64,000 nucleotides of DNA from Escherichia phage vB_EcoM_G53, in the sequence record MK327943.1. The stretch is one strand, 5' to 3'. Position numbers and translations under genes: made by a program. Under the pieces are notes generated by a model that saw nothing but the letters and a program-made list of their open reading frames with translations, was not told the DNA's origin and made no database searches. Positions within the stretch are counted from its first letter, which is position 1, and each line of letters begins with the position of its first letter. Positions 15,606 through 27,636 of the stretch are shown in pieces.

Positions 15606-17338
15606 TGGAAATGATTAGCAGTAGCCTTAATTGGTTCGTGGGTGTTGTCGAGGACAGAATGGACCCATTAAAACAAGGGCGAGTTCGAGTGCGAGTAGTT
15701 GGACTTCATCCCGCACAGAGAGTACAAGGCGATGTGCAGGGTATTCCTACAGAAAAACTTCCATGGATGACTGTTATTCAACCTATTACGTCTGCATCAA
15801 TGTCAGGTATTGGTGGTTCTGTTACAGGTCCTGTTGAAGGAACTCGAGTATATGGTCATTTCTTAGACAAATGGAAAACAAACGGGATTGTACTTGGTAC
15901 ATATGGCGGAATTGTACGTGAAAAGCCTAATAGACTTGAAGGTTTTTCAGACCCGACAGGCCAGTATCCGCGACGTTTAGGTAATGATACGAACGTATTA
16001 AACCAAGGTGGTGAAGCTGGTTATTATTCAAACTCTAACGTAATTCAAGATAACAACTTAGATTATGGTATAAACCCAGACGATACAGATTTAGCAAATA
16101 TTCCAGAAGATGATGACCCTAATTTTACAATAACAGAAATGTTACGTCGTGACGAAGGTCTTCGTGATAAAGTGTATTGGGACCATCTCGGATATCCTAC
16201 AGTAGGTATTGGACACCTTATAGTAATGGAAAAAACCCGGGATATGTCTCGAATTAATAAATTGTTATCTGATCAAGTAGGGCGTGAAGTAACAGGAAAT
16301 CCGGGAACTATTACATTAGAAGAAGCAACAGCGTTATTTGAGAAAGACCTTGCTAAGATGCAGAAAGACATTCGTTCTAATTCTAAAGTAGGTCCTGTTT
16401 ATGCTAAAATGAACAGATCTCGCCAAATGGCATTAGAAAACATGTGCTTCCAAATGGGCGTTGGTGGTGTAGCAAAATTCAATACTATGCTTAAAGCAAT
16501 GGCCGAAGGTGATTGGAAAACTGCATACAAATCTGGGCGCGATTCATTATGGTTCCAACAGACTAAAGGACGTGCTTCACGCGTAACAACAATTATTTTA
16601 ACTGGTAACATGGAATCATACGGTGTTCCTGTTAAAACACCACCTTCGCCTGGTGTTGGTGCCGATTTAGTTACTAGAAATACAGATCCAGAAGATCCGG
16701 CTAGTCCTCCTGTTCCGTTAGATTCACGCATCCTTTTTAAAGAACCGGAATCAAGTTATCGTGGTGAGTACCCATATGTTCATGCTATGGAAACAGAAAG
16801 TGGTCATATCCAAGAATTTGACGATACTCCAGGTAATGAACGTTATCGCTTAGTTCATCCAACAGGGTCATATGAGGAAGTTTCTCCGTCTGGGCGTCGT
16901 ACTCGTAAAACTGTAGAAGACCTTTTTGACATCACTAATGGCGACGGGAACTTCTTGATTTCTGGCGATAAGCTTGTTAACGTTGGTGCTAATGAAATAT
17001 ATTATAACATGGCAGACCGCCTCCATCAAATAGACGGCAATGACACAATCTTTATTCGTGGTAACCAAGCTAAAACTGTTGAAGGCGATGGAACTCTTTA
17101 CGTTAAGGGTAATATCAAAATAGTTGTTGACGGAAATGCAGATATTCTTGTTAAAGGTGATGCCAAAACTCAGGTCGAAGGGAATCATGATTACACCGTC
17201 AACGGAAACGTTAAATGGACTGTTAATGGTAATGTTGATATGACTGTTGCCGGGGATTGGGCAGAAACAATGTCTACAATGAGCTCAGTAGCTTCAGGAC
17301 AATACACTGTTGATGGATCTCGTATTGATATTGGGTAA
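15605..17338 (+). CDS. 5: baseplate central spike / tail lysozyme gp5
   Basis: 577 aa; internal lysozyme-like segment DEGLRDKVYWDHLGYPTVGIGHL; C-terminal beta-helix repeats (VxGNxxxxV). Confidence 0.95.
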   Translation: MEMISSSLNWFVGVVEDRMDPLKQGRVRVRVVGLHPAQRVQGDVQGIPTEKLPWMTVIQPITSASMSGIGGSVTGPVEGTRVYGHFLDKWKTNGIVLGTYGGIVREKPNRLEGFSDPTGQYPRRLGNDTNVLNQGGEAGYYSNSNVIQDNNLDYGINPDDTDLANIPEDDDPNFTITEMLRRDEGLRDKVYWDHLGYPTVGIGHLIVMEKTRDMSRINKLLSDQVGREVTGNPGTITLEEATALFEKDLAKMQKDIRSNSKVGPVYAKMNRSRQMALENMCFQMGVGGVAKFNTMLKAMAEGDWKTAYKSGRDSLWFQQTKGRASRVTTIILTGNMESYGVPVKTPPSPGVGADLVTRNTDPEDPASPPVPLDSRILFKEPESSYRGEYPYVHAMETESGHIQEFDDTPGNERYRLVHPTGSYEEVSPSGRRTRKTVEDLFDITNGDGNFLISGDKLVNVGANEIYYNMADRLHQIDGNDTIFIRGNQAKTVEGDGTLYVKGNIKIVVDGNADILVKGDAKTQVEGNHDYTVNGNVKWTVNGNVDMTVAGDWAETMSTMSSVASGQYTVDGSRIDIG

Positions 17339-17341
17339 TAT

Positions 17342-17857
17342 ATGGCACAAATACTTCCTTTAAATACCGACTTAGGAGAAGACATGGAAGGGGCGTCTAT
17401 TGACGTCCTTTTTACTCCACAGTTAGAAACAACCGAAACTTTAGTGTCAATAAATATAACAGATTATGAACCGACACAAGGCATTACGGTAGATGGTAAT
17501 CGTTTATATGGAACATATGAAAGTGTGTTTAGCTTTTCTTCGGATGCATTGAAATATCGATTAAATGATGATTTTAAAACTGCATCTTCATGGGATGATT
17601 TACCGAAAGATGAATCCACCCAGTTATATTTGTGGAGAGCTCCTCAGAATCTTCGTAAAGTGTTTAGTTATACGGTTGAAATGATTTATAACTACCAAGA
17701 AGAAAGTTCATCAGGCGGTTCTAGAAGTGACTCTGGTGCAGAACCTCCACCAGCTCCAGTACAAAAAACTCTTACTAAGGTTTATACAAAAACTATAGTA
17801 GGAAATTGGAGCAAATGGGCTCATCAATTACGAAACTATGTTTATGTGAGGCCGTGA
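17342..17857 (+). CDS. 5.1: gp5.1-like protein
   Basis: 171 aa ORF directly after gene 5, as in T4. Confidence 0.7.
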   Translation: MAQILPLNTDLGEDMEGASIDVLFTPQLETTETLVSINITDYEPTQGITVDGNRLYGTYESVFSFSSDALKYRLNDDFKTASSWDDLPKDESTQLYLWRAPQNLRKVFSYTVEMIYNYQEESSSGGSRSDSGAEPPPAPVQKTLTKVYTKTIVGNWSKWAHQLRNYVYVRP

Positions 17858-17859
17858 AA

Positions 17860-18153
17860 ATGTCTGGCTTAAGTTACGACAAGTGCGTTACAACAGGTCA
17901 TGAAGCATGGCCTCCTACTGTAATAAATGCTTCCCAATCTAAAGTGTTCACCGGCGGTATTCCTGTTCTTGTGGCAGGAGACCAAATAACACCTCATACA
18001 GAAATTAAAAAACCATACGAGACTCATGGAGGTGTTACTGAACCTCGTACATCTAAAGTATACGTCACCGGTAAAAAGGCCGTTCAAATGGCTGACCCAA
18101 TTTCATGCGGGGATACTGTTTCTCAGGCCTCGTCAAAAGTCTTTATAAAATAG
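17860..18153 (+). CDS. 5.4: PAAR-repeat spike tip protein gp5.4
   Basis: ORF track 17806..18153; ATG 17860 gives 97 aa, the size of T4 gp5.4. Confidence 0.75.
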   Translation: MSGLSYDKCVTTGHEAWPPTVINASQSKVFTGGIPVLVAGDQITPHTEIKKPYETHGGVTEPRTSKVYVTGKKAVQMADPISCGDTVSQASSKVFIK

Positions 18154-18161
18154 GAATTAAA

Positions 18162-20135
18162 ATGGCAAACACTCCTGTAAATTATCAATTAACACGAACA
18201 GCGAATGCTATTCCCGAGATTTTTATCGGGGGCACATTTGCCGAAATCAAACAGAACATTATTGAATGGCTCAATGGGCAGAATGAATTTCTTGATTATG
18301 ATTTTGAAGGTTCACGCTTAAACGTATTGTGCGACCTTTTAGCATATAACACTCTTTACATCCAACAGTTCAGTAATAGTGCAGTGTATGAAAGTTTTAT
18401 GCGTACTGCAAACTTGCGTAGTTCTGTTGTACAAGCGGCTCAAGATAACGGATATCTGCCTTCATCTAAATCAGCAGCACAAACAGAAATTATGCTCACA
18501 TGTACGGATGCATTAAATAGAAACTATATCACCATTCCACGTGGCACTCGTTTCTTAGCATACGCTAAAGATACTTCTGTTAACCCGTATAACTTTGTTT
18601 CTACCGAAGATGTCATTGTAGTTAAAGACAAAAATAACCAATATTTCCCGCGTCTTAGATTAGCTCAAGGGCGTATTGTTCGCACTGAATTAACATTTGA
18701 TAGATTAAAACCTATCATTATTCGTGATAAGAATATTGACCGTAATTTGGTTAAGTTGTATGTTGACGGAGCAGAATGGATTAACTGGACTCGTAAGTCG
18801 ATGGTTCACGCTGGTTCTACGTCAACAATCTATTATATGCGTGAAACAGTTGATGGGAACACCGAATTTTATTTTGGTGAAGGCGAAATCTCTATTAACA
18901 CGTCAGAAGGTGCGTTAACATCTAACTATATTGGTGGCCTTAAACCTGTTCAGGGTTCTAAAATCGTAATTGAGTATATTTCTACTAATGGCGCAGATGC
19001 TAACGGTGCTGTAGGATTTTCTTATGCTGATACATTAGCTAATATCACTGTAATCGATATTAATGAGAACCCTAGCAATAACCCGGACTTTGTCGGGGCC
19101 GATGGTGGTGGTGACCCTGAAGATATTGAACGTATCCGCGAATTAGGCACAATTAAACGCGAAACTCAACAACGTTGTGTAACCGCTTCCGACTATGACA
19201 CATTCGTCTCTGAGCGGTTTGGTTCTATTATTCAAGCGGTTCAAACATTCACAGATTCATCTAAACCAGGGTACGCATATATTGCTGCTAAGCCTAAATC
19301 TGGATTGTATTTGACTTCTGTCCAACGCGATGATATCAAAAACTATTTGAATGATTATAACTTAGGGACTATTACACCTGTTGTTATTTCGCCTGATTAT
19401 TTGTTTATCAAAATGAATATCAAAGTTACATACGCGTTGAATAAACTCCAAGAATCAGAACAATATCTTGAAGGGCAAATTATTAATAAAATTGACCGAT
19501 ATTATATTGAAGATGTAGAAATTTTTAACTCATCGTTTGCAAAATCTAAAATGCTAACTTATGTCGATGATGCAGATATTTCTATTATTGGTTCTTCAGC
19601 TACTATTCAAATGGTTCGCGAAGTACAAAACTTCTATAAAACGCCTGAGGCCGGTATTAAATACAATAATCAGATTAAAGATAGATCGATGGAATCTAAT
19701 ATATTCTCGTTTGATTCGCACAGACCTAATCCAGAAAATGCAAACGAAACTATTAAATATGGTGTTCGCATAGTATCTTCTGACCGTAATGACCGTGGCA
19801 TAGGTCAAGTTATTATTGGTCCATTTGCAGACGGTGATGTTGTTGAAAACGAAAATATACAACCTTATACAGGTAATGATTTTAATAAACTTACTGTTAC
19901 TGACGGACGAAACAAATACTATTCAATTGGTGAAGTGAATTATCCTGCCGATTCGATTTATTGGAACATTGCTAAAATTGACCTCACTTCAGACCGTTTT
20001 GAAGTTCAAACAATTGAACTTTATTCCGACCCTGCAGATGATATTATTTTTACAAAGGATGGTTCTTTAATCGTATTCGAAAATGACTTACGTCCTCAGT
20101 ACTTAACTATAGATTTGGAGCCTATTTCACAATGA
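18162..20135 (+). CDS. 6: baseplate wedge protein gp6
   Basis: ORF track 18105..20135; ATG 18162 (MANTPVNYQL) gives 657 aa, close to T4 gp6. Confidence 0.9.
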   Translation: MANTPVNYQLTRTANAIPEIFIGGTFAEIKQNIIEWLNGQNEFLDYDFEGSRLNVLCDLLAYNTLYIQQFSNSAVYESFMRTANLRSSVVQAAQDNGYLPSSKSAAQTEIMLTCTDALNRNYITIPRGTRFLAYAKDTSVNPYNFVSTEDVIVVKDKNNQYFPRLRLAQGRIVRTELTFDRLKPIIIRDKNIDRNLVKLYVDGAEWINWTRKSMVHAGSTSTIYYMRETVDGNTEFYFGEGEISINTSEGALTSNYIGGLKPVQGSKIVIEYISTNGADANGAVGFSYADTLANITVIDINENPSNNPDFVGADGGGDPEDIERIRELGTIKRETQQRCVTASDYDTFVSERFGSIIQAVQTFTDSSKPGYAYIAAKPKSGLYLTSVQRDDIKNYLNDYNLGTITPVVISPDYLFIKMNIKVTYALNKLQESEQYLEGQIINKIDRYYIEDVEIFNSSFAKSKMLTYVDDADISIIGSSATIQMVREVQNFYKTPEAGIKYNNQIKDRSMESNIFSFDSHRPNPENANETIKYGVRIVSSDRNDRGIGQVIIGPFADGDVVENENIQPYTGNDFNKLTVTDGRNKYYSIGEVNYPADSIYWNIAKIDLTSDRFEVQTIELYSDPADDIIFTKDGSLIVFENDLRPQYLTIDLEPISQ

Positions 20136-23100
20136 CAGTAAAAGCGCCAGCAGTCACAAGTCTCAGAATATCCAAGTTGTCCGCTAACCAAGTTCAAATA
20201 CGCTGGGATGACGTTGGTGCTAATTTCTACTATTTTGTAGAAATCGCTGAGACTAAAACGGCAGACGGGGAAATAATTCCCCCTGCCAGCTACAGATGGA
20301 TAAATTTAGGATATACTCCTAATAGCAACTGGTTCGAAAGTAGCTTAGACCCATTAACTTCTTATATTATTCGTGTATCAACTGCCGCCGAAGGCTTCGA
20401 GAGATCTGATTGGGTATATACCGAAATATTTGAATCATTTCAGACTAACGCGTATACATTTCAACATATGATTGAAATGCAATTGGCTAACACTTTTATT
20501 AGAGAAAAATTTACAAATAACAACATGGCTTATGTCGATTTTAATAACGACACTATAATGGCAGCTCTAATGAATGAATCGTTCCAATTTAGCCCAGCTT
20601 ATGCGGATATTTCATCTATTAAAAATTTCATTATTGGCGAAAATGAGTATCATGAAATTCAAGGTTCGATTCAACAGGTGTGTCATGATATAAACCGTGT
20701 TTATTTGATGGAATCCGAAGGAATTCTTTATTTGTTTGAACGATATCAGCCTGTGGTTAAAGTCTCTAATGATAAGGGACAAACCTGGAAATCGGTTAAA
20801 TTGTTTAATGACCGTGTAGGGTACCCTGTATCAAGAACAGTGTATTACCAGACAGGTTATACCACGTATGTTCTTGGGTATGATAAATTATTTTACGGCC
20901 GTAAATCAACTGACGTTCGTTGGTCTGCTGATGATGTGAGATTTAGTTCTCAAGATATAACATTTGCTAAAATTGGTGACCAGTTAAATTTAGGATTTGA
21001 TGTAGAAATATTTGGTAACTACGCATCATTACCTGCTAACGTGTCACGTATTGCAGAAGCTATCGTTTGCAATGACGATTATGTATACGTTGCTGCTCGA
21101 GATAAAGTTCGTTTTATTAAAACTAGTAATGCCCCTATTGATTCGGACCCGTTATCTCCGACATATTCCGAACGTTTGTTTGAACAAGAAACATTTAACA
21201 TCACAGGTAACCCTAAGGCAGTTTGCTATAAAATGGATTCTGTCGGTGGTAAAATATTTGCACTGATTATCGGTGAAGTTGTTAATCTTAATGACGACCC
21301 GAGGACCACTCCTATTGTTGATTCTGCTGATAAGGGCGTTTACGTTCTAGACCATGATGCTGGCACATTTAAACGTGTGTTTGGTAATACTGAAGAAGAA
21401 CGCCGTCGTATTGAACCTGGGTACACCAGTATGTCTACTGATGGTGTTGAGTTATCTATTTCATCTAGTAATTTTAAATTTCTAGAATCGGATATTGTTG
21501 ATGACCCAAAAACACAAATCAAGTACGGTTTAATCGGTGCTGTTAAATATGAGTATCCTCGCGAATGGTTGGCTGATAAACATTATCATATGATGGCATT
21601 TATTTCAACTGAAGACTCTCAATGGGAATCGTTCACTCCTCAACCGATGGAATACTATGCTGAGCCATTCTTTAGTTATTCTAGAAAGTCCGGTACTCGA
21701 TGTTGGATTAATAACTCAGACAAGGCTGTTGTAATTTATTCTGATTTACTTTACACTAAGGTTATTGAGAATCATCCACTTAGTTCTTCAGACCGTGAAG
21801 TTCATGAATATTGGAAGGACGGTGACTGTACAATAGTGATGCCTAACGTAGATTTCACCGGATTTAAAAAATATGCATCCGGCATGATTTTCTATAAATC
21901 ATCAGGTGAGATTATTTCTTATTATGATTTTAGTTATCGTGTTAGAGATAATGTTTCTATAATTTGGAAGCCTACTAATATATTCTTAACAGCATCGTTA
22001 CAAAACCAAGAAAAAGATACCACATGGACTCCTGTAGAAGAGAACGGTATTGCAGACCCAGATTTACGACCATTGCTCACTACAATGATGCCAGAGTCTT
22101 ATCTTTTAGATAATACAAACTTTGAAGCATTCTGCGAGGCTTATATTCAGTATCTTTCTGACGGTTATGGGACCCATTATAACAACCTTTTAAATCTTAT
22201 TAAAAATCAATATCCGCGCGAAGAACATGCGTGGGAATATTTATGGTCTGAGATTTATAAACGAAACATTTACTTAAACGCCGAAAAACGCGATTTAGTG
22301 TCTCGTTTCTTTGAATCAAGAAGTTATGACTTCTATTCAACTAAAGGAACTGAAGCGTCATATAAATTCTTGTTTAAAGTGCTTTATAACGAAGATGTTG
22401 AAATTGAAATTGAATCTAGTTCCGGGACCGAATATGATATCATCATTGAATCTGATTCGTTGACAGAAGATTTGGTCGGGCAAACCATATACACCGCTAC
22501 AGGACGTTGTAATGTGACGTATATCGAGAGAAGTTACTCTAAAGGTAAATTACAATGGACTGTAACAATTCACAACCTCTTAGGTCGTTTAATCCAAGGA
22601 CAGGAAGTTAAAGCTGAAAGACTTCCTGGTTTTGAAGGTGAAATTGTTCGTGGTATTAAAGGTAAAGAGCTTTCTCAGAACAACATCGATTACATAAATC
22701 GTGGTAGAGCATACTACGTAATGAAGATTAAATCTAAACTTCCATCATCTCGTTGGAAATCAGACGTATTACGTTTTGTTCATCCGGTTGGATTTGGATT
22801 TATCGCAATTACCCTTCTCACAATGTTTATTAACACCGGATTAACACTTAAACATGTTGAAACCATTATTAATAAATACAAAAACTATAAGTGGGATTCT
22901 GGATTACCGACTAAATATGCAGACCGAGTGGCTAAATTAGACCCACAAGGAAATGTTGAGTTTGACCCTATTACAGGTAAAGCGATATATGAAATAGGCC
23001 CTATGGCTGGTCAAGATTATCCATTGCCTGAAGATTATAACGCTGAAAACAATAACTCCATATTTCAAGGTCAACTTCCATCGGAACGACGTAAACTGAT

Positions 23101-23230
23101 GAGCCCATTATTTGATGCGTCCGGAACAACATTCTCTAGATTTAGAGATTTGGTTGAACAACGGTTAATCGATAATGTAGGAAATCCAAGAGACCCCGTG
23201 AATCCACCACAGGTTAAATTAGATGAATGA
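20132..23230 (+). CDS. 7: baseplate wedge initiator gp7
   Basis: 1032 aa, same size and order as T4 gp7. Confidence 0.95.
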   Translation: MTVKAPAVTSLRISKLSANQVQIRWDDVGANFYYFVEIAETKTADGEIIPPASYRWINLGYTPNSNWFESSLDPLTSYIIRVSTAAEGFERSDWVYTEIFESFQTNAYTFQHMIEMQLANTFIREKFTNNNMAYVDFNNDTIMAALMNESFQFSPAYADISSIKNFIIGENEYHEIQGSIQQVCHDINRVYLMESEGILYLFERYQPVVKVSNDKGQTWKSVKLFNDRVGYPVSRTVYYQTGYTTYVLGYDKLFYGRKSTDVRWSADDVRFSSQDITFAKIGDQLNLGFDVEIFGNYASLPANVSRIAEAIVCNDDYVYVAARDKVRFIKTSNAPIDSDPLSPTYSERLFEQETFNITGNPKAVCYKMDSVGGKIFALIIGEVVNLNDDPRTTPIVDSADKGVYVLDHDAGTFKRVFGNTEEERRRIEPGYTSMSTDGVELSISSSNFKFLESDIVDDPKTQIKYGLIGAVKYEYPREWLADKHYHMMAFISTEDSQWESFTPQPMEYYAEPFFSYSRKSGTRCWINNSDKAVVIYSDLLYTKVIENHPLSSSDREVHEYWKDGDCTIVMPNVDFTGFKKYASGMIFYKSSGEIISYYDFSYRVRDNVSIIWKPTNIFLTASLQNQEKDTTWTPVEENGIADPDLRPLLTTMMPESYLLDNTNFEAFCEAYIQYLSDGYGTHYNNLLNLIKNQYPREEHAWEYLWSEIYKRNIYLNAEKRDLVSRFFESRSYDFYSTKGTEASYKFLFKVLYNEDVEIEIESSSGTEYDIIIESDSLTEDLVGQTIYTATGRCNVTYIERSYSKGKLQWTVTIHNLLGRLIQGQEVKAERLPGFEGEIVRGIKGKELSQNNIDYINRGRAYYVMKIKSKLPSSRWKSDVLRFVHPVGFGFIAITLLTMFINTGLTLKHVETIINKYKNYKWDSGLPTKYADRVAKLDPQGNVEFDPITGKAIYEIGPMAGQDYPLPEDYNAENNNSIFQGQLPSERRKLMSPLFDASGTTFSRFRDLVEQRLIDNVGNPRDPVNPPQVKLDE

Positions 23231-24227
23231 TTCAAGTGTTATCTATCGTGCAATAGTTACATCAAAATTTAGAACAGAGAAAATGCTGAATTTTTATAAT
23301 TCAGTTGGGGATGGAGACGATAAGAACTCCATTTATATTACGTTTGGACGTTCAGAGCCTTGGGCGTCAAATGAAAATGAGGTGGGCTTCGCCCCACCTT
23401 ATCCTACAGATTCTGTTCTTGGTGTTACTGATATGTGGACCCATATGATGGGTACCGTTAAAGTTTTACCTTCAATGTTAGATTCTGTTATTCCTAGACG
23501 TGATTGGGGAGATGTGCGATATCCAGACCCTTACACGTTTAGAATTAACGATATAGTCGCATGTAATACTGCTCCGTACAACGCGACAGAAGTTGGAGCT
23601 GGTTGGTTAATTTACCGTTGTTTAGATGTCCCTGACGTAGGGCTCTGTTCAATAGAATCTTTAGATAATAAAGATGAATGTCTTAAATTGGGTGGTAAAT
23701 GGACTCCGTCTGTTCGTTCTATGTCTCCTCCTGAAGGCAGAGGCGATGCTAATGGGGTTATCGAAACCGGTGATGGATATATTTGGGAATATCTTTATGA
23801 GATTCCTGCCGATGTGTCAATTAACCGTTGCACTAACGAATATCTTGTAGTTCCATGGCCGGAAGAAATTAAAGAAGACCCCACCCGTTGGGGATATGAA
23901 AATAACTTAACTTGGCAACAAGATGACTACGGTTTGATTTACCGTGTTAAAGCTAATACGATGCGGTTTAAAGCATATTTTGATTCTGTTTATTTCCCTG
24001 AGGCAGCTTTGCCTGGTAACAAGGGTTTTAGACAGATATCAATTATCGCAAACCCGTTAGAAGCTAAGAAAAATCCAAATGACCCTAATGTTAAAGCAGA
24101 AAAGGATTATTACGACCCTAGAGACCTGCAACGTCATTCCGGTGAAATGATTTATATGGAAAACCGACCACCTGTTATTATGGCAATGGACCAAACAGAA
24201 GAAATTAACATTTTGTTTATGTTTTAA
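23223..24227 (+). CDS. 8: baseplate wedge protein gp8
   Basis: 334 aa, T4 size and order. Confidence 0.9.
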   Translation: MNDSSVIYRAIVTSKFRTEKMLNFYNSVGDGDDKNSIYITFGRSEPWASNENEVGFAPPYPTDSVLGVTDMWTHMMGTVKVLPSMLDSVIPRRDWGDVRYPDPYTFRINDIVACNTAPYNATEVGAGWLIYRCLDVPDVGLCSIESLDNKDECLKLGGKWTPSVRSMSPPEGRGDANGVIETGDGYIWEYLYEIPADVSINRCTNEYLVVPWPEEIKEDPTRWGYENNLTWQQDDYGLIYRVKANTMRFKAYFDSVYFPEAALPGNKGFRQISIIANPLEAKKNPNDPNVKAEKDYYDPRDLQRHSGEMIYMENRPPVIMAMDQTEEINILFMF

Positions 24228-24230
24228 TTA

Positions 24231-24255
24231 GGGAGCCTTCGGGCTCCCATTTTTG
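24231..24255 (+). terminator. rho-independent terminator after gene 8
   Basis: GGGAGCC-TTCG-GGCTCCC then ATTTTTG. Confidence 0.7.
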
Positions 24256-24259
24256 TATC

Positions 24260-24267
24260 TATAAATA
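24260..24267 (+). promoter_or_regulatory. late promoter (TATAAATA) for gene 9
   Basis: Exact TATAAATA about 33 nt upstream of the gene 9 ATG. Confidence 0.6.
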
Positions 24268-24299
24268 GAATATAATATCGGACAACAAAAGGCAGAATT

Positions 24300-25172
24300 A
24301 TGGCATTTTTTAAGCAAACTCCTAAACAATTAATCGATACCGGCGAAATTGGTAATGCCTCAACAGGTGATATCTTATTCGACGGCGGTAATAAAATAAA
24401 TGACGATATCAACGCTATTTACAATGCATTTGGCGATCAACGTAAAATGGCCGTAGCAGATGGAACCGGACCTACAGGTCAAACTATTCATGCCACAGGT
24501 TATTATCAAAAAGGAAAGGCGATCGATTATCAAACTCCTATTAAACCCGGCACCATGCATGATATTGATGCTTCTGATGGCGGTGTGATTGTTATTATTG
24601 ACCGTCCTGAATTAGGTGATTCTGTAGAATTCATAAACTCTAATGGGTCTATTTCTGTTAACAATCCTTTAAGTATCCAAGTAACCGATGGTTCAATTAA
24701 AGGTGTTCTTAATAATCTTGTTATTTCCACCCCTTATACCCATGTTGTTCTTCGTTGTGTTGAACTTAACGGGCCAACTTCAGTATGGAATTATTCTACT
24801 GATAGCATGTTTGGGCAGAAAGAATCTCCTGTTGATGGGACTTGGAGTCTTACAGGAAACACAGTTTCTATTCCTCTGTTTTATCGCACAGATTATAACA
24901 TGGCTAAATTGCTTGTTACATGCCAATCCGCCGACGGTAGAAAAATAAAAACATGCGAAATAAATATTCTAATAGATACAATTAACTCAGAAGTTCTTTC
25001 TACCGAATTTGCAGTAATGCGAGTTGGTAATGTAGATGAAACCGACGAGATTGCTAATATTAGCTTTAGTATTATTAACAACTTTGCTACTATGACGATT
25101 ACATCCGATATTATTGGATTACGTTCAGCAGTTAAAATTATCTCAACTCAGAAAATTGGGGTCGCTCAATAA
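24300..25172 (+). CDS. 9: baseplate wedge protein gp9 (long tail fiber socket)
   Basis: 290 aa, T4 size and order. Confidence 0.9.
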   Translation: MAFFKQTPKQLIDTGEIGNASTGDILFDGGNKINDDINAIYNAFGDQRKMAVADGTGPTGQTIHATGYYQKGKAIDYQTPIKPGTMHDIDASDGGVIVIIDRPELGDSVEFINSNGSISVNNPLSIQVTDGSIKGVLNNLVISTPYTHVVLRCVELNGPTSVWNYSTDSMFGQKESPVDGTWSLTGNTVSIPLFYRTDYNMAKLLVTCQSADGRKIKTCEINILIDTINSEVLSTEFAVMRVGNVDETDEIANISFSIINNFATMTITSDIIGLRSAVKIISTQKIGVAQ

Positions 25173-26977
25173 TGAAACAAAATATTAAAATTGGTAACGT
25201 CGTTGATGACGGACAAGGCGATTACCTTCGTCGAGGTGGTGAAAAAATAAATGAGAACTTTGACGAAATCTATTATGAATTAGGTGATGGTGAAGTTCCT
25301 TATGCCGCTGGCGCATGGAAGACTTATGATGCGGCTGATGGTCTTAATCTTAAGGCTGCTTGGGGTAAATCTTATGCAATTAATACTACTTCTGGACGAG
25401 TTTCGGTAAATCTTCCTAAAGGGACAATTGCAGACTATAATAAAGTTATTCGTGCTCGTGACGTATTTGCAACTTGGAACATTAACCCTGTTACTTTAAT
25501 TCCGGCAAACGGGGACACGATTAAAGGTTCTTCATCTCCGGTAGAAATTAACGTTCAGTTCTCTGATTTAGAATTAGTTTATTGTGCTCCTGGTCGTTGG
25601 GAATACATCAAGAACAAACAAATTGATAAAATAGTTAGCTCTGACATTAGTAATGTTGCTCGTAGAGAATATCTGGTTGAAACCCAAGGTCAGACCGATT
25701 TCATGGATGTTTTTAACGGGACCTCTTATAACGTTAACAACATTCGCGTAAAACATCGTGGCAACGAATTGTATTATGGTGATGTATTCAGTGATAATAG
25801 TGATTTTGGTTCTCCAGGCGCTAATCCTGGTGAACTGGTTGCACTCGATGGATTTAATATTAGATTACGCCAACCGTGTAATGTTGGGGACACTGTACAA
25901 ATTGAGACATTCCTAGACGGTGTTTCTCAGTGGCGTAGTTCATATACTCGTCGCCAAGTTCGCATTTTAGATAGTAAATTGACTGCTAAAAAGTCTATTG
26001 ATGGAAGTATTTACGTCACTGATTTGAGTACATTCAGGTCTATTCCATTTACAGCATTTGGTATTAATCCTACAGAACCACCTAACCCGAATTCATTAGA
26101 AGTTCGCTTCAATGGTATTCTCCAAGAATTAGCTGGTACTGTTGGAACTCCTATTTTCCGTTGTGAAGGTGTGGATGCTGATTCTGAAGAGTCGTGCGCT
26201 AATCTAGGTGGGACATGGACTCAATCGTATACAGATTATGCGATTGAGTATACTGATAATACCCCTAGCGCAATTCTGTTTGACCGTCAATTTGAAGACC
26301 AAGACATTATTACCATCACATGGTTTAATAACGATTTAGGAACTCTTCTTGAAATGGAAGAAATCCTTGATGTCGCTGATGAGAAATATGTTTCTCAAGG
26401 GTCTAACATTGAAATTACTGGCGATGTTGCATTAACCGATTTTGATAAAATCGGCTGGCCTAATGTAGAACCTGTTCCTACATATGAACGTGAATTCTCG
26501 ACTATTTCAGCAATATTTGACACAATTTATCCTGTTGGGACTATTTACGAAAATGCTGTTAACCCTAATAATCCGGCCACTTATTTAGGTTTTGGTTCGT
26601 GGAAAATTTGGGGACAAGGCAAAGTATTAGCAGGTTGGAATGACGACGCATCCGATCCTAATTTTGCATTAAATAATAATGACCTTGACGTCAATGGTAA
26701 CCCTACTCATACCGCGGGTGGTACCGTTGGTGTAACAACCATCACATTAGAAAATGCTGATTTACCGGCTACACAAACCGATGAAAAGGTTCTTATTTCT
26801 GATGATAATGGTACAGTAATTATAGGCGGTTGCCAATATGACCCGGATGAAGAAGGTCCTATTTACACTAAATATCGTGAAGACCATGCAAAGACTAATG
26901 AATCTCATGTTCCAGCGCGTTCTATAACTAATATTCAGCCATCTATAACTGTATACCGTTGGGTAAGGATTGCATAA
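25172..26977 (+). CDS. 10: baseplate wedge protein gp10
   Basis: 601 aa, T4 size and order. Confidence 0.9.
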   Translation: MKQNIKIGNVVDDGQGDYLRRGGEKINENFDEIYYELGDGEVPYAAGAWKTYDAADGLNLKAAWGKSYAINTTSGRVSVNLPKGTIADYNKVIRARDVFATWNINPVTLIPANGDTIKGSSSPVEINVQFSDLELVYCAPGRWEYIKNKQIDKIVSSDISNVARREYLVETQGQTDFMDVFNGTSYNVNNIRVKHRGNELYYGDVFSDNSDFGSPGANPGELVALDGFNIRLRQPCNVGDTVQIETFLDGVSQWRSSYTRRQVRILDSKLTAKKSIDGSIYVTDLSTFRSIPFTAFGINPTEPPNPNSLEVRFNGILQELAGTVGTPIFRCEGVDADSEESCANLGGTWTQSYTDYAIEYTDNTPSAILFDRQFEDQDIITITWFNNDLGTLLEMEEILDVADEKYVSQGSNIEITGDVALTDFDKIGWPNVEPVPTYEREFSTISAIFDTIYPVGTIYENAVNPNNPATYLGFGSWKIWGQGKVLAGWNDDASDPNFALNNNDLDVNGNPTHTAGGTVGVTTITLENADLPATQTDEKVLISDDNGTVIIGGCQYDPDEEGPIYTKYREDHAKTNESHVPARSITNIQPSITVYRWVRIA

Positions 26978-27636
26978 TGACTGTACTTAATACAAAGGCG
27001 GGAGTTATTTCCCGCCATGCTGATTTTTTGAATTACAGAAAAAATCCAGCTCAAATTGATGTTTTAAACAACCAAGCTGTAGGTTCCGTGACTATTTCTC
27101 AGTTAGCTCGCGGTTTTTATGACGCTAACGTAGAATCTGCAATAAATGATGTCCATAATATGGCACGAGCTGATATTGGTACTGTTGTCACAAACACTTC
27201 AGGCATATCGCCTGAAGGTACAGCACAAGTTGATTATTGGACTTTTTCTGGTGATGTTCTCGACGATACTTTGGCCCCTGGAACGCCTGTCGTTATTAAC
27301 GTATTTGGACTTGCTGTTAAAGCAACAATCGGTATGACTGATAACGAATTAACGGCACAAGTTCGTATAGCTTTACAAGAAGCCATTGCTAATCAAATCG
27401 CTATTTCTTCTTATAAAGACCATCCGTCTGAAGGTAATAAACTTCAGGTGACATATTTAGATAACCAACGTCATGTGTTGCCAACATATGCTTCGTTTGG
27501 TGTAACAATTTCGCAAGAAATTTTGTCTGAAGCAAAATCCGGATACGGAACATGGAATTTATTGGGTGCCCAAACGGTTACTCTTGATAACCATGGTACT
27601 CCTACCGTTTTCTACCACTTTGTGAGAGCCTCATGA
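26977..27636 (+). CDS. 11: baseplate wedge protein gp11
   Basis: ORF track 26959..27636; ATG 26977 overlapping the gene 10 stop gives 219 aa as in T4. Confidence 0.85.
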   Translation: MTVLNTKAGVISRHADFLNYRKNPAQIDVLNNQAVGSVTISQLARGFYDANVESAINDVHNMARADIGTVVTNTSGISPEGTAQVDYWTFSGDVLDDTLAPGTPVVINVFGLAVKATIGMTDNELTAQVRIALQEAIANQIAISSYKDHPSEGNKLQVTYLDNQRHVLPTYASFGVTISQEILSEAKSGYGTWNLLGAQTVTLDNHGTPTVFYHFVRAS